Positions 32,014 to 41,237 of a DNA stretch of 64,000 nt are shown in pieces. The position numbers and the translations under genes are program-made. The DNA is taken from assembly GCA_963813905.1 (NCBI GenBank), contig CAWFAY010000014.1, positions 149,875-213,874 on the forward strand, read 5' to 3'. The stretch's first letter is position 1. Every line of letters starts with the position of its first letter. A model generated the notes under the pieces. That model had not been told where the DNA came from, made no database searches, and was given only the letters and a program-made list of their open reading frames with translations. Source of the stretch: an uncultured Acidobacteriaceae bacterium. Lineage in GTDB: Bacteria > Acidobacteriota > Terriglobia > Terriglobales > Acidobacteriaceae.

Positions 32014-33411
32014 ATGTACTTCCAGCAGTTCTACCTTGGTTGCCTGGCGCACGCGTCCTACATGTTCGGCTCGAAAGGCGAGGCCGTAGTTGTCGATCCG
32101 CAACGCGACGTGGAGATCTACCTTGAGGCAGCGCAAAAGAACGGCCTTACGATCCGCCACATCTTCGAGACCCATCTGCACGCCGACTTCGTCTCCGGCC
32201 ATCGGGAGTTGGCGCAACGCACCGGCGCGAAGATTTATGTTGGAGCTGCCGCGGGTGCGAAATTCGAACACGCCGCGCTGCACGATGGGTTCACATTGCA
32301 GGTGGGCGACACTTGCATTGCCGCGCTGGAAACCCCCGGCCACACGCCCGAAAGCGTCTGCCTGGTGCTCACCGACTGCGAGCACGGCGACGAACCCTGG
32401 GCGGTGTTCAGCGGCGATACGCTGTTCATCGGCGATGTAGGACGGCCCGACCTTTCCCCGACTCACACCCCGCAGCAGCTCGCCGACATGATGTACGACT
32501 CTCTGCACCATAAGCTGATGGCGCTGCCTGACAAAACGCTGGTGTATCCTGCCCACGGCGCCGGATCTCTTTGTGGACGAAATATGCGCGCCGAGAGTTC
32601 GTCGACCATCGGCACCGAGCGGCTGACCAACTGGGCATTGCAGATTAAAGGGCGCGAGGACTTCATCGCGCAGATGACCTCCAACTTGCCGGCGCGTCCC
32701 GAGTATTTCGCGCAGGATGCGGCCATCAATCGTGAAGGTGCTCCGGCGCTGAATGAGCTTCCGCCGCTCGCGCCTGTTGCGCCCACCGACTTGCAGTACC
32801 AGATTTCTCAAGGTGTAACCGCACTCGATGTGCGGCATCAGGACGAGTTTGCGGCTGGACATGTACCGGACTCCATCAGCATCCCATTGGGCGGCCAGTT
32901 CGCGTCGTGGGCAGGAGCGGTCTTGGGACTGTCCGCGCATCCGGTGCTGATCGGCGAAACAGCGGAGCAGATTTCGGAGGCGCGCTTGCGGCTGGCGCGT
33001 GTCGGTGTCGAAGATATCGCCGGCTATCTGGAGGGCGGCGTCGCAGCTTGGAAGGCTGCTGGATTGCCGCTGGCGCAGGTGCCGCAGGTAACAGTGCAGG
33101 AGTTACGGAATCGTCTCCAGAAGAAGGCCCTCCATGTGCTCGATGTTCGCCGTGAAGGCGAGTGGAAAGCGGGCCATCTCGAAGGCGCGAGCTGGCATCC
33201 GCTCGACGGTTTCAAACGCGCACTGCCTGACCTCGATGACGAGGCACCAGTCGCGGTCCATTGCAAGAGCGGCTACCGCAGCATGATTGCGTGCAGCTTC
33301 TTGCAGCGAGCAGGGCACACCAACGTCGTCAATGTAGTCGGCGGTTTCGACGCCTGGGAGAAAGCCGGCCTGCCGGTCGCTGCGGACCTGGCGGCGAGCG
33401 CCAAGGCCTGA
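32014..33411 (+). CDS. MBL-fold hydrolase (persulfide dioxygenase/glyoxalase II-like) fused to two rhodanese domains
   Basis: Start at MYFQQFYLGCLAHASYMF, with GGAGAA upstream. THLHADFVSGH metal motif. Two C-terminal rhodanese modules, the second with the active-site loop HCKSGYRS. Confidence 0.8.
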   Translation: MYFQQFYLGCLAHASYMFGSKGEAVVVDPQRDVEIYLEAAQKNGLTIRHIFETHLHADFVSGHRELAQRTGAKIYVGAAAGAKFEHAALHDGFTLQVGDTCIAALETPGHTPESVCLVLTDCEHGDEPWAVFSGDTLFIGDVGRPDLSPTHTPQQLADMMYDSLHHKLMALPDKTLVYPAHGAGSLCGRNMRAESSSTIGTERLTNWALQIKGREDFIAQMTSNLPARPEYFAQDAAINREGAPALNELPPLAPVAPTDLQYQISQGVTALDVRHQDEFAAGHVPDSISIPLGGQFASWAGAVLGLSAHPVLIGETAEQISEARLRLARVGVEDIAGYLEGGVAAWKAAGLPLAQVPQVTVQELRNRLQKKALHVLDVRREGEWKAGHLEGASWHPLDGFKRALPDLDDEAPVAVHCKSGYRSMIACSFLQRAGHTNVVNVVGGFDAWEKAGLPVAADLAASAKA

Positions 33412-33416
33412 TTGGG

Positions 33417-33917
33417 GTGCCGGTCTGCACAAATTGCGATCGCCAGGTATCGGAGGCGACGCGCTTCTGCCCGAGCTGCGGTGCCGGCATCCCCACAACT
33501 CCGGCGGGCCCAGCGCCTGCTGTTTTGCCGAACGCCGCTGCTCCAAGCGGCGCGAAGGGTCTGACATTGTCAGATACGGGGGAACTGCCTGACAACATTG
33601 CGGGTATGCTAGCCTACTTCATATTGCCCGCCATCGTGTTCCTGCTGATTCGGCCCTTCAATCGCAATCGCTTCGTTCGCTTTCATAGCTTGCAGTGTTT
33701 GCTTACGGTGGCTGTGTTGATCGTCTTGCTGCTTGTTCTGGCTGTATTCGGGAAGGTCATGCCGCTGTTCGTTTTGTCCCTATATGGGCTGCTGTTCCTG
33801 GCTGCAATCACGTTGTGGCTGTTACTGCTCTTCAAGGCGTACCGGCACGAGATGTTCAAGCTGCCGGCGGTGGGGGATATCGCTGAGGGATGGGCAGGCA
33901 AAAGCGCCTCCGCTTGA
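33417..33917 (+). CDS. Zinc-ribbon membrane protein (DUF4870-like C-terminus)
   Basis: A GTG start gives MPVCTNCDRQVSEATRFCPSCGAG (CxxC...CxxC), then a linker and three TM helices. Confidence 0.6.
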   Translation: MPVCTNCDRQVSEATRFCPSCGAGIPTTPAGPAPAVLPNAAAPSGAKGLTLSDTGELPDNIAGMLAYFILPAIVFLLIRPFNRNRFVRFHSLQCLLTVAVLIVLLLVLAVFGKVMPLFVLSLYGLLFLAAITLWLLLLFKAYRHEMFKLPAVGDIAEGWAGKSASA

Positions 33918-34017
33918 CAGCGCCCTAGCGCGCATGTCATTTCTATCTACTTTTCACTTTTTAATTTTTGTATTCATCGCAGTGTCACAAACGGTCTGAA
34001 GGGAGCTTGCATAATCT

Positions 34018-34992
34018 GTGCGGGTCAAAGTCTTTTACCACGATCGTTGTTTCGACGGCGCTTGTTCGGCGGCGGTATTCAGCCGTTTTTATCGGGAGCG
34101 TATTCGCGAGCACGCGGAGTTCGAATATGCCGGGCTGCTGCATCGTGCGGGGGCCCTCTTCAATGAAGGCGACTTTACCGGCGACGAGAATGCCATTGTC
34201 GACTTCAAATATTCTCCATCACCGCAGATTACCTGGTGGTTCGATCATCACCAGAGCGCGTTTCTGACCCCCGAGGATGCGGAGCACTACGAGCGCACTC
34301 TCAGCAACACCAAGTTCTACGATCCCGATTACCGCTCTTGTACCAAGTTCATCGCCGATGTGACGGAGAACCGTTTCGGCTTCAAGAAGGAACCGGTTGC
34401 TGAGGTCCTTGAGTGGGCCGACATCATCGACGGTGCACTGTATCCTGATCCGCAAACCGCGGTTGCCATTGGCGAGCCGGCAATGAAGCTGACCATGGTG
34501 ATCGAATCGAACCAGGATTCGGAGTTGCTGCCTAAGCTGATCCCGATGCTGGCTTACAGGCCGCTGGCCGAAATCGTGGCTGAGCCCTTCGTGGCCGAGC
34601 GGCTGCCGGCGTTACTGGAGCGACACAAACAGTCGATCGAAATCTTGCGCGAACGCTCGACCTGCAAAGACGGCACCATTTTCTTCGACGTTACCGACCA
34701 CGACCTCGAAGGCTACAACAAATTCATTCCGTACTACCTGCATCCGCGCTGCACCTACAGTGTGGGACTAAGCAAGAGCACCTTTCGCACCAAGGTGTCG
34801 GTAGGCTCGAACCCTTGGGCGCCGCTGGAGCACATGGAGAACCTGGCAAAGATTTGCGAGCGTTATGGCGGCGGAGGCCACGCCCGTGTCGGCGCTATTT
34901 CGTTTCCTCCGGGAAAGTTCGACGAAGCTCGCAAGGCGGCGAACGAAATTGTCGAAGAGCTTCGGGCCAGCTATCGCAAACAAGCGGGGTGA
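34018..34992 (+). CDS. DHH/DHHA1-family phosphoesterase
   Basis: 324 aa. HDRCFDGACSAAV (motif I/II-like), FDHHQS (DHH) and C-terminal GGGGHARVGA (DHHA1 GGGH). Confidence 0.65.
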   Translation: MRVKVFYHDRCFDGACSAAVFSRFYRERIREHAEFEYAGLLHRAGALFNEGDFTGDENAIVDFKYSPSPQITWWFDHHQSAFLTPEDAEHYERTLSNTKFYDPDYRSCTKFIADVTENRFGFKKEPVAEVLEWADIIDGALYPDPQTAVAIGEPAMKLTMVIESNQDSELLPKLIPMLAYRPLAEIVAEPFVAERLPALLERHKQSIEILRERSTCKDGTIFFDVTDHDLEGYNKFIPYYLHPRCTYSVGLSKSTFRTKVSVGSNPWAPLEHMENLAKICERYGGGGHARVGAISFPPGKFDEARKAANEIVEELRASYRKQAG

Positions 34993-34999
34993 GGGAACT

Positions 35000-35233
35000 A
35001 TGATGCGACCTTGGTTTCGCCGTTGGGGCTGGATTTACCGGCCAATCGCCTTGCCCGGTTGGTTTGTCGTCGCGATTGCTGCGGCATTCTGCGTGAACGT
35101 CTTCCTCGCGGTCGATCGCCATTCGCATTCCGCCAGCGACACGCTCTACGGCATTTTTCCGTTCGTCGTGCCGACGCTTGGAATCGTTGGCTGGATTGCA
35201 TCGCGCACATCAGGGCGCGCCTCTTCCCGTTGA
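35000..35233 (+). CDS. Small two-TM membrane protein (77 aa)
   Basis: An ATG 8 nt after the DHH stop. MMRPWFRRWGWIYRPIALPGWFVVAIAAAFCVNVFL... has two hydrophobic helices. Confidence 0.45.
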   Translation: MMRPWFRRWGWIYRPIALPGWFVVAIAAAFCVNVFLAVDRHSHSASDTLYGIFPFVVPTLGIVGWIASRTSGRASSR

Positions 35234-35301
35234 TTCGCTTGGCCCGCACGTACCAACCCGGAACCAGAGAGCTTCGCATTCATTTTTGACGGAATTCCTG
35301 C

Positions 35302-35330
35302 TTGCACCCGCGGGAATACCGTACTATAGT
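35302..35330 (+). promoter_or_regulatory. Near-consensus sigma70-type promoter
   Basis: TTGCAC (35302-35307), a 17-nt spacer, then TATAGT (35325-35330). The next ORF with a good SD starts about 580 nt downstream. Confidence 0.55.
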
Positions 35331-35336
35331 GTTCGC

Positions 35337-35916
35337 CTCAGCCGGAGTGCGAATCCGGCCCTTCCGTGGTGTCATTCATTTTGCGTGGAGGCATGGCAAC
35401 CAACCTGGGCACGGGCGGCATTCGCCAAGGCCGCTCAAGTCCTACGTCAGCCTAAGCTTCTCCTATCGCTTCCGTTGATCCGCTCTGGGAGTCCGCACCT
35501 GTGCTTCGAACGTCCTCCCCTGTGCCGTTGACTCGCTTGACGGCTAGTGCCGGGCTATCTCGCAGGATAGAGAGCCGTACTTCGAGCACTGCTGGTCAAG
35601 GGTGACTCGCAGAATAACTCGGGAGTAAGCCGTTGAAAGCACGCGCCTCCTGAAGATGACAGGTCCGCCGCGGTGCAGTCATGCCCAATTGGCAGTCAAG
35701 CTGCACCGTCTCAAGCTGCTGATCCGATTCCCGCGATCGTTCAAGCATTCACCACAGGAGCGAAGTTCAAGGCTAAGTGGCACTCTCGCGTGAGAATCCC
35801 GCGGTCACCAAGCTCTTCAATCACCAGCTATTCGCGATAGGAAGGCGGCCTCAGCCTTGTACTACCTAATCTTGCCGCCTTTGTTCCCGCGACTCGCCAA
35901 TATCAAGGAGAGATTT
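35337..35916 (+). other. Long non-coding leader / candidate structured RNA upstream of the 779-aa orphan gene
   Basis: No credible ORF. Several perfect stems: GCCGGA-gtgcgaa-TCCGGC at 35341-35359, GGTGCAG...CTGCACC, and CTATC-tcgcag-GATAG. Confidence 0.3.
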
Positions 35917-38256
35917 ATGGCAAAGGAAGAAATCAAGAACCCGTCGCTGCCGGAACAGGTTAAGCTGCCGGCAGAACGCATACAGTTTAAGAGTCTGGTC
36001 TTTTCAAACCCGAACTACTTCGGCACATTCCCCAAACTCGGCGGCAAAGCGGTCAAGGCTTTCAGCGGAGATACAACGTACGAACAGCTTGAGTGCCTGG
36101 GACTGAACCAGAGCGCGAATCTGCTCGAGGGCGTAGTCAACATCAAACTGCACTCCGGCTACGGCACCAATGCCTGTGGCGCCGGAACAACCGAGTTCGT
36201 CCGCTTCTTCGTGAAGGATTCCACCGGCTGGCACGACCTAGGCCTCAGTACGGTGCAGGTATTCGATCTTGCCGGCCCGCTGCCGCTCAGCTATTCCGTC
36301 TCGGTGGATTTCAGCGAAGGCCGCAAGTTCTGCTTCACCGAAAACATCGTTGATGTGCGCGCCATTCTCTCGTGGGAATGGGAACCGACACCGGGCGATC
36401 CGAATTTCATCCCGGTGTGGGGCAATGTCGTCAACGCCCAGGTACAGGTCGCGCCTCGGCTGTTCTTCGAGATCCCGCTCTCGGAGTTCATTGAGCAGAA
36501 GACAATCTCCATCGACCCCGGCGTGCTCAGTCAACTGGATACCACTCAGAAACTTTCTGCCGCCGAAGTCAAGCCGCTCAGCTATGGCGAGCTAAAAGCT
36601 CTCTATGCCAAAGAGAAGGTCCCTCAGCACCGCTTTGGTTTCGAATTCGCGCAGAAGGTTTCAGGCGGACCGATCAGCCAGGGGCTGAACCAGCTCTCTT
36701 CCGGTAAGCTCGAAGCCAATTCCGGATTGCTGTCGGGCGAAGAACTGTCGGGCATCCTGGGAGCGCTTCAGAAGCTTCAGGGCGACACGACCTACGAGCA
36801 GTTGACCTGTGCCGGATACAATCCTCAGACCCGCGAACTGGAGGGCGTTATCCAGGTCAAGCAAAGCAGCGGCTATTCTGGAGGGCTGTGTACGCACGGC
36901 AGTACGGAATACGTCGGCTTTTATGCCTTCTTCGGCGGCGTCTGGAACACACTCGGCGTGGCCCAGGTGCAGGTGCACGATCTGAAGGCGGCGAGTCCGG
37001 CGCATCCCATCAGCTATGCCGTGTTCAGGATCACCAACCTGACCGAGATGGAGTGCCAGAACCTGGAAGGCGTCCCGCTGCGCGCCATCCTGTCGTGGTC
37101 CACACCGCCCACCGGGCCGAACTTTATTCCGGCGTGGGGCAATGTGGTGAACACCCATGTTCAGCCGCAGATCGAAATTGGTGATGGCGAACAGATGCGC
37201 CTGATGCGCATTGGCCGCGTCACGGTCGCCAACATCTCCAACAGCACTGGCTTGGCAGTGGTCGATCCGTTGTTCGTCCCGGCATTCCCTCCGGGCCTCG
37301 GCTACGTGGCAGGCGACTGCCCTGGCGGCGCACCGTGGTTGTACTTCCCGGTGCAGCCCGACTCACCCTTCGGGGGCAGCACCATCATCGAAGGCGACTT
37401 CAATCCTAAGATCGACGTCTTCGACCACACCACCGGCATGCTTCTTGGGGGCGCGTTCCCCATCATCTACCAGGCCTGGGTAACTCCGCCGGTCGGCTCT
37501 GAGTTCCAGCTCACCGACCCGTTCGGCATCGAGCTCTATCCGCCGAATTCTCCTGGCGGAGTGTTCTACCCGCAGCACCAGGTTCCGGCTCTCGGACCGG
37601 TACCGACGGGTGTTCCCGGAACCAACTACTACGTCTACTACGAGTCGAATTTCCAGGCTGTCAATCCGCGCACCCTGGCGATCTTCGAAGCCGGTGGACT
37701 GGCGGAAGGCGACTACATCATTGAGGTCCGCGGCTTTAAGTGGAATGGCGTCGAATACGTGCCGATTCCGGTCCAGAAAAAGAAGATCCACGTATACAAC
37801 GGCTACATCCACACGGAACTCGTCGAGCCCGCGCCGGGCGCGCCGCTCATCTCAGTCACAGAGCAGCGGCCGCAGGTGTTCATCACTCTCACTTCGCCTT
37901 CGGGAGACTGCGGCGATGTGGTGGTGGGCGACACCATCACCGGCAGCTACAGCGTGACCGACGAGTTCTTCGGCGTCGTCAGCATCGGCCTGGTGCCGAT
38001 TACTGTCGGGGGCGTTCTACAGCCGGAGAATGTAGTTACCTTGTCGAACGCGAACGTCGGTGCGAGCACGGTGGCTTATGACGGCACCAACACCAACGGC
38101 ACCAGTGGTACCTTCACCTTGCCTACGGCCAACATGACACCTTGCGGGTACACCATCCTGCTAACGGCGTGGGACCGGGGCATCAGCTCCAACACTTGCC
38201 ACGGCCAATACAACCAGGAAGGAGTCGGCTTCTGCTTGCGGAAGAAAGGCTCTTAG
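35917..38256 (+). CDS. Large orphan protein (779 aa) with two tandem roughly 130-aa homologous domains; no signal peptide
   Basis: ATG preceded by AAGGAGAG. Internal duplication: GDTTYEQLECLGLNQSANLLEGVVNIKLHSGYG...RAILSWEWEPTPGDPNFIPVWGNVVNAQVQ versus GDTTYEQLTCAGYNPQTRELEGVIQVKQSSGYSG...RAILSWSTPPTGPNFIPAWGNVVNTHVQ. Confidence 0.8.
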   Translation: MAKEEIKNPSLPEQVKLPAERIQFKSLVFSNPNYFGTFPKLGGKAVKAFSGDTTYEQLECLGLNQSANLLEGVVNIKLHSGYGTNACGAGTTEFVRFFVKDSTGWHDLGLSTVQVFDLAGPLPLSYSVSVDFSEGRKFCFTENIVDVRAILSWEWEPTPGDPNFIPVWGNVVNAQVQVAPRLFFEIPLSEFIEQKTISIDPGVLSQLDTTQKLSAAEVKPLSYGELKALYAKEKVPQHRFGFEFAQKVSGGPISQGLNQLSSGKLEANSGLLSGEELSGILGALQKLQGDTTYEQLTCAGYNPQTRELEGVIQVKQSSGYSGGLCTHGSTEYVGFYAFFGGVWNTLGVAQVQVHDLKAASPAHPISYAVFRITNLTEMECQNLEGVPLRAILSWSTPPTGPNFIPAWGNVVNTHVQPQIEIGDGEQMRLMRIGRVTVANISNSTGLAVVDPLFVPAFPPGLGYVAGDCPGGAPWLYFPVQPDSPFGGSTIIEGDFNPKIDVFDHTTGMLLGGAFPIIYQAWVTPPVGSEFQLTDPFGIELYPPNSPGGVFYPQHQVPALGPVPTGVPGTNYYVYYESNFQAVNPRTLAIFEAGGLAEGDYIIEVRGFKWNGVEYVPIPVQKKKIHVYNGYIHTELVEPAPGAPLISVTEQRPQVFITLTSPSGDCGDVVVGDTITGSYSVTDEFFGVVSIGLVPITVGGVLQPENVVTLSNANVGASTVAYDGTNTNGTSGTFTLPTANMTPCGYTILLTAWDRGISSNTCHGQYNQEGVGFCLRKKGS

Positions 38257-38273
38257 CTCAGCAATATGGAGCA

Positions 38274-38302
38274 GGGGCATCGGTAACGGTGCCCCATATT
38301 TT
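38274..38302 (+). terminator. Rho-independent terminator after the orphan gene
   Basis: GGGGCA-tcggtaacgg-TGCCCC followed by atatttt. Confidence 0.6.
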
Positions 38303-38334
38303 CACTGGTTACGAGCTATCTCATAAATCACTCC

Positions 38335-38405
38335 GCGTCAGGGCACGGCTTTAGACGTGCCGAAAGTGCCGGAAATAAGAACCAGGGCTTTAGCCCCTGA
38401 GGCTA
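38335..38405. repeat. REP-like hairpin repeat (same family as 27190-27260)
   Basis: cgcgtcagggcacggctttagacgtgccg...ccagggctttagcccctg parallels 27190-27260. Confidence 0.7.
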
Positions 38406-38442
38406 TAGCAATCTGTGAGATAGGTTCTAATGAGGTCACCTG

Positions 38443-38901
38443 ATGCCTTCGGCCAATGTCTGGTTTCGATTCGTCGTGGCTTTGCTTGCCACCTGGCGAG
38501 TGACGCATCTACTGGCCAACGAAGACGGCCCGGCGGATGCAATCGCGAGCATACGCGCCTGGCTGGGCGATCGCTTCATCGGCAAGCTGATGGACTGCTT
38601 TAACTGCCTCAGCCTATGGATCGCAGCCCCGGCGGCGCTCTTCGTCTCGCACCAGCCGCTGGAGTGGACGTTCACCTGGCTGGCGCTTTCCGGTGGCGCT
38701 TGTTTACTGGAACGATATCAGCAGGACCCGGTAGTCATCGAACCCGTTTCCCTAATCGAGGAAGGAGAAACTAATCATGTGTTGCGGACAGAAACGCTCG
38801 GCGATGCGAAACATTGCGAATTCTTCAGCGCAGAAGGCGCCCACGACAGTAACGACCGCGAATACCACGCCGTCTCCCAGGACCGCTCTTCGTTACACTG
38901 A
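38443..38901 (+). CDS. DUF1360-like integral membrane protein
   Basis: FVVALLATWRVTHLLANEDGP...LMDCFNCLSLWIAAP matches my recollection of DUF1360 (W-R-T...D..P...C..C.S.W). The hydrophilic C-terminal tail overlaps the next ORF, so the true end is uncertain. Confidence 0.6.
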   Translation: MPSANVWFRFVVALLATWRVTHLLANEDGPADAIASIRAWLGDRFIGKLMDCFNCLSLWIAAPAALFVSHQPLEWTFTWLALSGGACLLERYQQDPVVIEPVSLIEEGETNHVLRTETLGDAKHCEFFSAEGAHDSNDREYHAVSQDRSSLH

Positions 38902-39034
38902 AAATTCCAGCGTCAAGGTGAAAGGGCCCGCCACCGGTCGCGAGTACGAGTTCTCGTCCTCACGCCCGACCCAGAACGTTGATCCGAGAGACGCTCGCCT
39001 CCTGGTGCGCTCCCGCTTCTTTCGCCAGGGGTGA
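38777..39034 (+). CDS. Small hypothetical protein starting MCCGQKR (85 aa)
   Basis: Strong SD (GGAAGGAGAA) 8-9 nt upstream of the ATG. Overlaps the 3' tail of the DUF1360-like ORF in another frame. Confidence 0.5.
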   Translation: MCCGQKRSAMRNIANSSAQKAPTTVTTANTTPSPRTALRYTENSSVKVKGPATGREYEFSSSRPTQNVDPRDARLLVRSRFFRQG

Positions 39035-39076
39035 AGGGTCAGCGTTCGGATCGATCCGGCCGGCAAGGGCGCAAGC

Positions 39077-39107
39077 AAAAAGCCCGCTTGCGCGGGCTTC
39101 GCTGTTT
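39077..39107. terminator. Bidirectional rho-independent terminator between convergent genes
   Basis: aaaAAGCCCGC-ttgc-GCGGGCTTcgctgttt, with an A-run upstream and a T-rich tail downstream. Confidence 0.6.
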
Positions 39108-39121
39108 CGAGCTGAGAAGAT

Positions 39122-40773
39122 CTACCGATTGGTTGTAGTCGCGGCCTTGGCCGTTTCCTGCTGGCCTGCCGTAAGGTGGGCGCTATTGCGTGCGGCGATG
39201 GTTTTCTTGGCATTGTCCGCCAATTCCTTCGCCTTGGGCAGAAGCTCCAGCGCCTTCGCCACCGCAGGATCGTTCTCGGTGTGGACCTTCATGCCTTCCT
39301 GCTGCCCGAACTCGTTGATGAACAGCTCGGCCTTGATATTCGAGCGCACCCAGTCGTTGTTCTGCGCCAGCTCGGCCTCGTTATACGGAATCTTCTGCTC
39401 GTCAAGGAACTTGCGGAACTCCTGCATCACCGCTTCATCCACCTCGAACTGCTTGGTCACTTTGTGGTTGATCACGTAGTGCTTGGCAAAATTGAAGAAG
39501 GTGTACTTCTGCAGCAACTCGTCCTGGAAGCTGTTGGTCTTGATCGGCGGAATCTTGATGTCGGGGTTGATGCCACCGCCGCCGTACACCGTGCGGCCGC
39601 TATCGGTCATCTTGACTTCGCGATTCGCCGTCGAGATCTCGTCGTCGCCGCTGGCATCGCGATTGTTGTAGTAATAGTCGTAAAGCGAGACACCGTTGTA
39701 GTCGCGCTGAATCAGGCGTCCGCTGGGCGTGTAGTACTTGGCCGTGGTCAGCGCCAGGCCGGTGTTCTCCGACAGCGGATATACGGTCTGCACCAGTCCC
39801 TTGCCGAAGGTCGACTCGCCGACGATCAGCCCGCGATCGTGGTCCTGAATGGCGCCGGCGACGATTTCAGCCGCCGAAGCAGTGCCGCGATTGACCAGCA
39901 CTACCAGCGGGTAATCCTTGCCGCCATTGCCGTGGGCCGCTTTGTATACCTTCTCGGCCGAGGCGCGGCCATGATGCGAAACAATGACCTGTCCCTTCTT
40001 CAGGAACTTGTCGGCCACGCCGACGCCTTCGCTCAGCAGGCCGCCGGGATTCTGGCGCAAGTCGAGAATCAATCCCTTCAAGTCGGGGCCCATCTCATCC
40101 AGGGCTTCAGCGACTTCGTGCTCGGTGGTTTCCTGGAAGCCGGAGACGTGCATATAGCCGATGCCGGGACGAATCATGAAGTGGACATCAACGCTGTAGC
40201 GGGGAATCTCGTCGCGCACCACGCTGAAGTCGAGCGGCTTGTCGGAACCTTCGCGCAGAACCGTGATCTTGACGTTGTGTTCTTGGGCCCTTTCAGCAGT
40301 TCGGCGACGTCGCTGGTGCTCATGTTGTCCGTCGGCTTGCCGTCGACGGCAACGATGACGTCACCCGGACGAATGCCCGCGCGGTAGGCCGGCGCTCCGG
40401 TGAAGGGAGCGATCACAATAACCTTATTGTTACGCGGCCCCACCTGCATTCCCACGCCGTAGTATTTGCCGCGCTGCTCTTCGCGCAGGGCGGAATAGGC
40501 CTTGGGATCGAAGAAATTCGAGTGGGGATCAAGCACGCGCAGCATCCCTGGAATGGCGCCGTTGTAGATGGCTTTGTCCGGGCTGACGGGCTCGGCATAG
40601 TTCTGCTGCACCACTTCGTAGACCTGGGTGAACTCGTGAACGCTATCGCGAATGTCACCGTCACTGGGAACAGCGGTGGAGGTCAGACGCTGGCCAAACA
40701 ACATGCCTGCACAACCACAGGCAATCACGATGACGAGCACAAGCACGGCGGAGCGGCGGGAACTACTTGCCAT
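39122..40773 (-). pseudogene. Carboxyl-terminal processing peptidase (S41, PDZ-containing), frame broken near 40271-40275
   Basis: The N-terminal ORF carries a signal anchor and PDZ (GIRPGDVIVAVDGKP..LLKGPKNT). The downstream frame continues KITVLREGSDKPLDFSVVRDEI..., then LILDLRQNPGGLL and the S41 core. One base is missing at ...acg(g)tcaag.... Confidence 0.85.
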
Positions 40774-41017
40774 TATGTTTTCCTTCGACTGGCAGGAGGT
40801 GCATCTTTAAGATTAGCGCAAAACGCAGCGAGATTTGAGCAAAAGTATAGCACTTTCAACGGCGCGGCCAGTGCGCTAATCCGCCTTGCTCGTTGGATGC
40901 CGCCCAGCCCTTCACGGTGCGAAATTTGGCCGTTTCCTCTAGCGTGAGACGCAACCGGCGAAGCGAGGTGAGCGAAGGACGATCAAGGGTCGTGGCCACC
41001 GAGGCGGGAAAAAGCGT

Positions 41018-41164
41018 AACCACGGATTTACACGGATCTCCACGGATCAGGTTGGAGCTCTAAGACTGGCCCATCGAACGCGCCCGCAAACACGACAATC
41101 TCGATACGGATATTAGCTCTTAGGCCCGATTCCGATCCGTGCTCATCCGTGCAAATCCGTGGTT
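41018..41164. mobile_element. MITE-like element: 31-bp imperfect terminal inverted repeats rich in CACGGAT motifs
   Basis: aaccacggatttacacggatctccacggatc (41018-41048) versus the reverse complement of gatccgtgctcatccgtgcaaatccgtggtt (41134-41164). I count 27/31 matching. Confidence 0.55.
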
Positions 41165-41237
41165 CGGGCTGCTCTTTCCAGGCGGGATGCGGCGCGCCTG
41201 ATTGCTGCCCCGGCTGACCCCGGTTATCATTGACTCC

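Noticed and set aside
35337-35916. Whether the 580-nt non-coding stretch is a known housekeeping RNA (RNase P RNA, tmRNA, SRP RNA, 6S) or a group II intron fragment.
   Set aside because: None of the signature sequences I know are present: the RNase P GGAAAGUCCGG, the tmRNA tag ORF and 3' tRNA-like end, the SRP GGAAG/AGCA domain IV, or the intron domain V pairing. It is kept only as an unclassified leader or candidate RNA.
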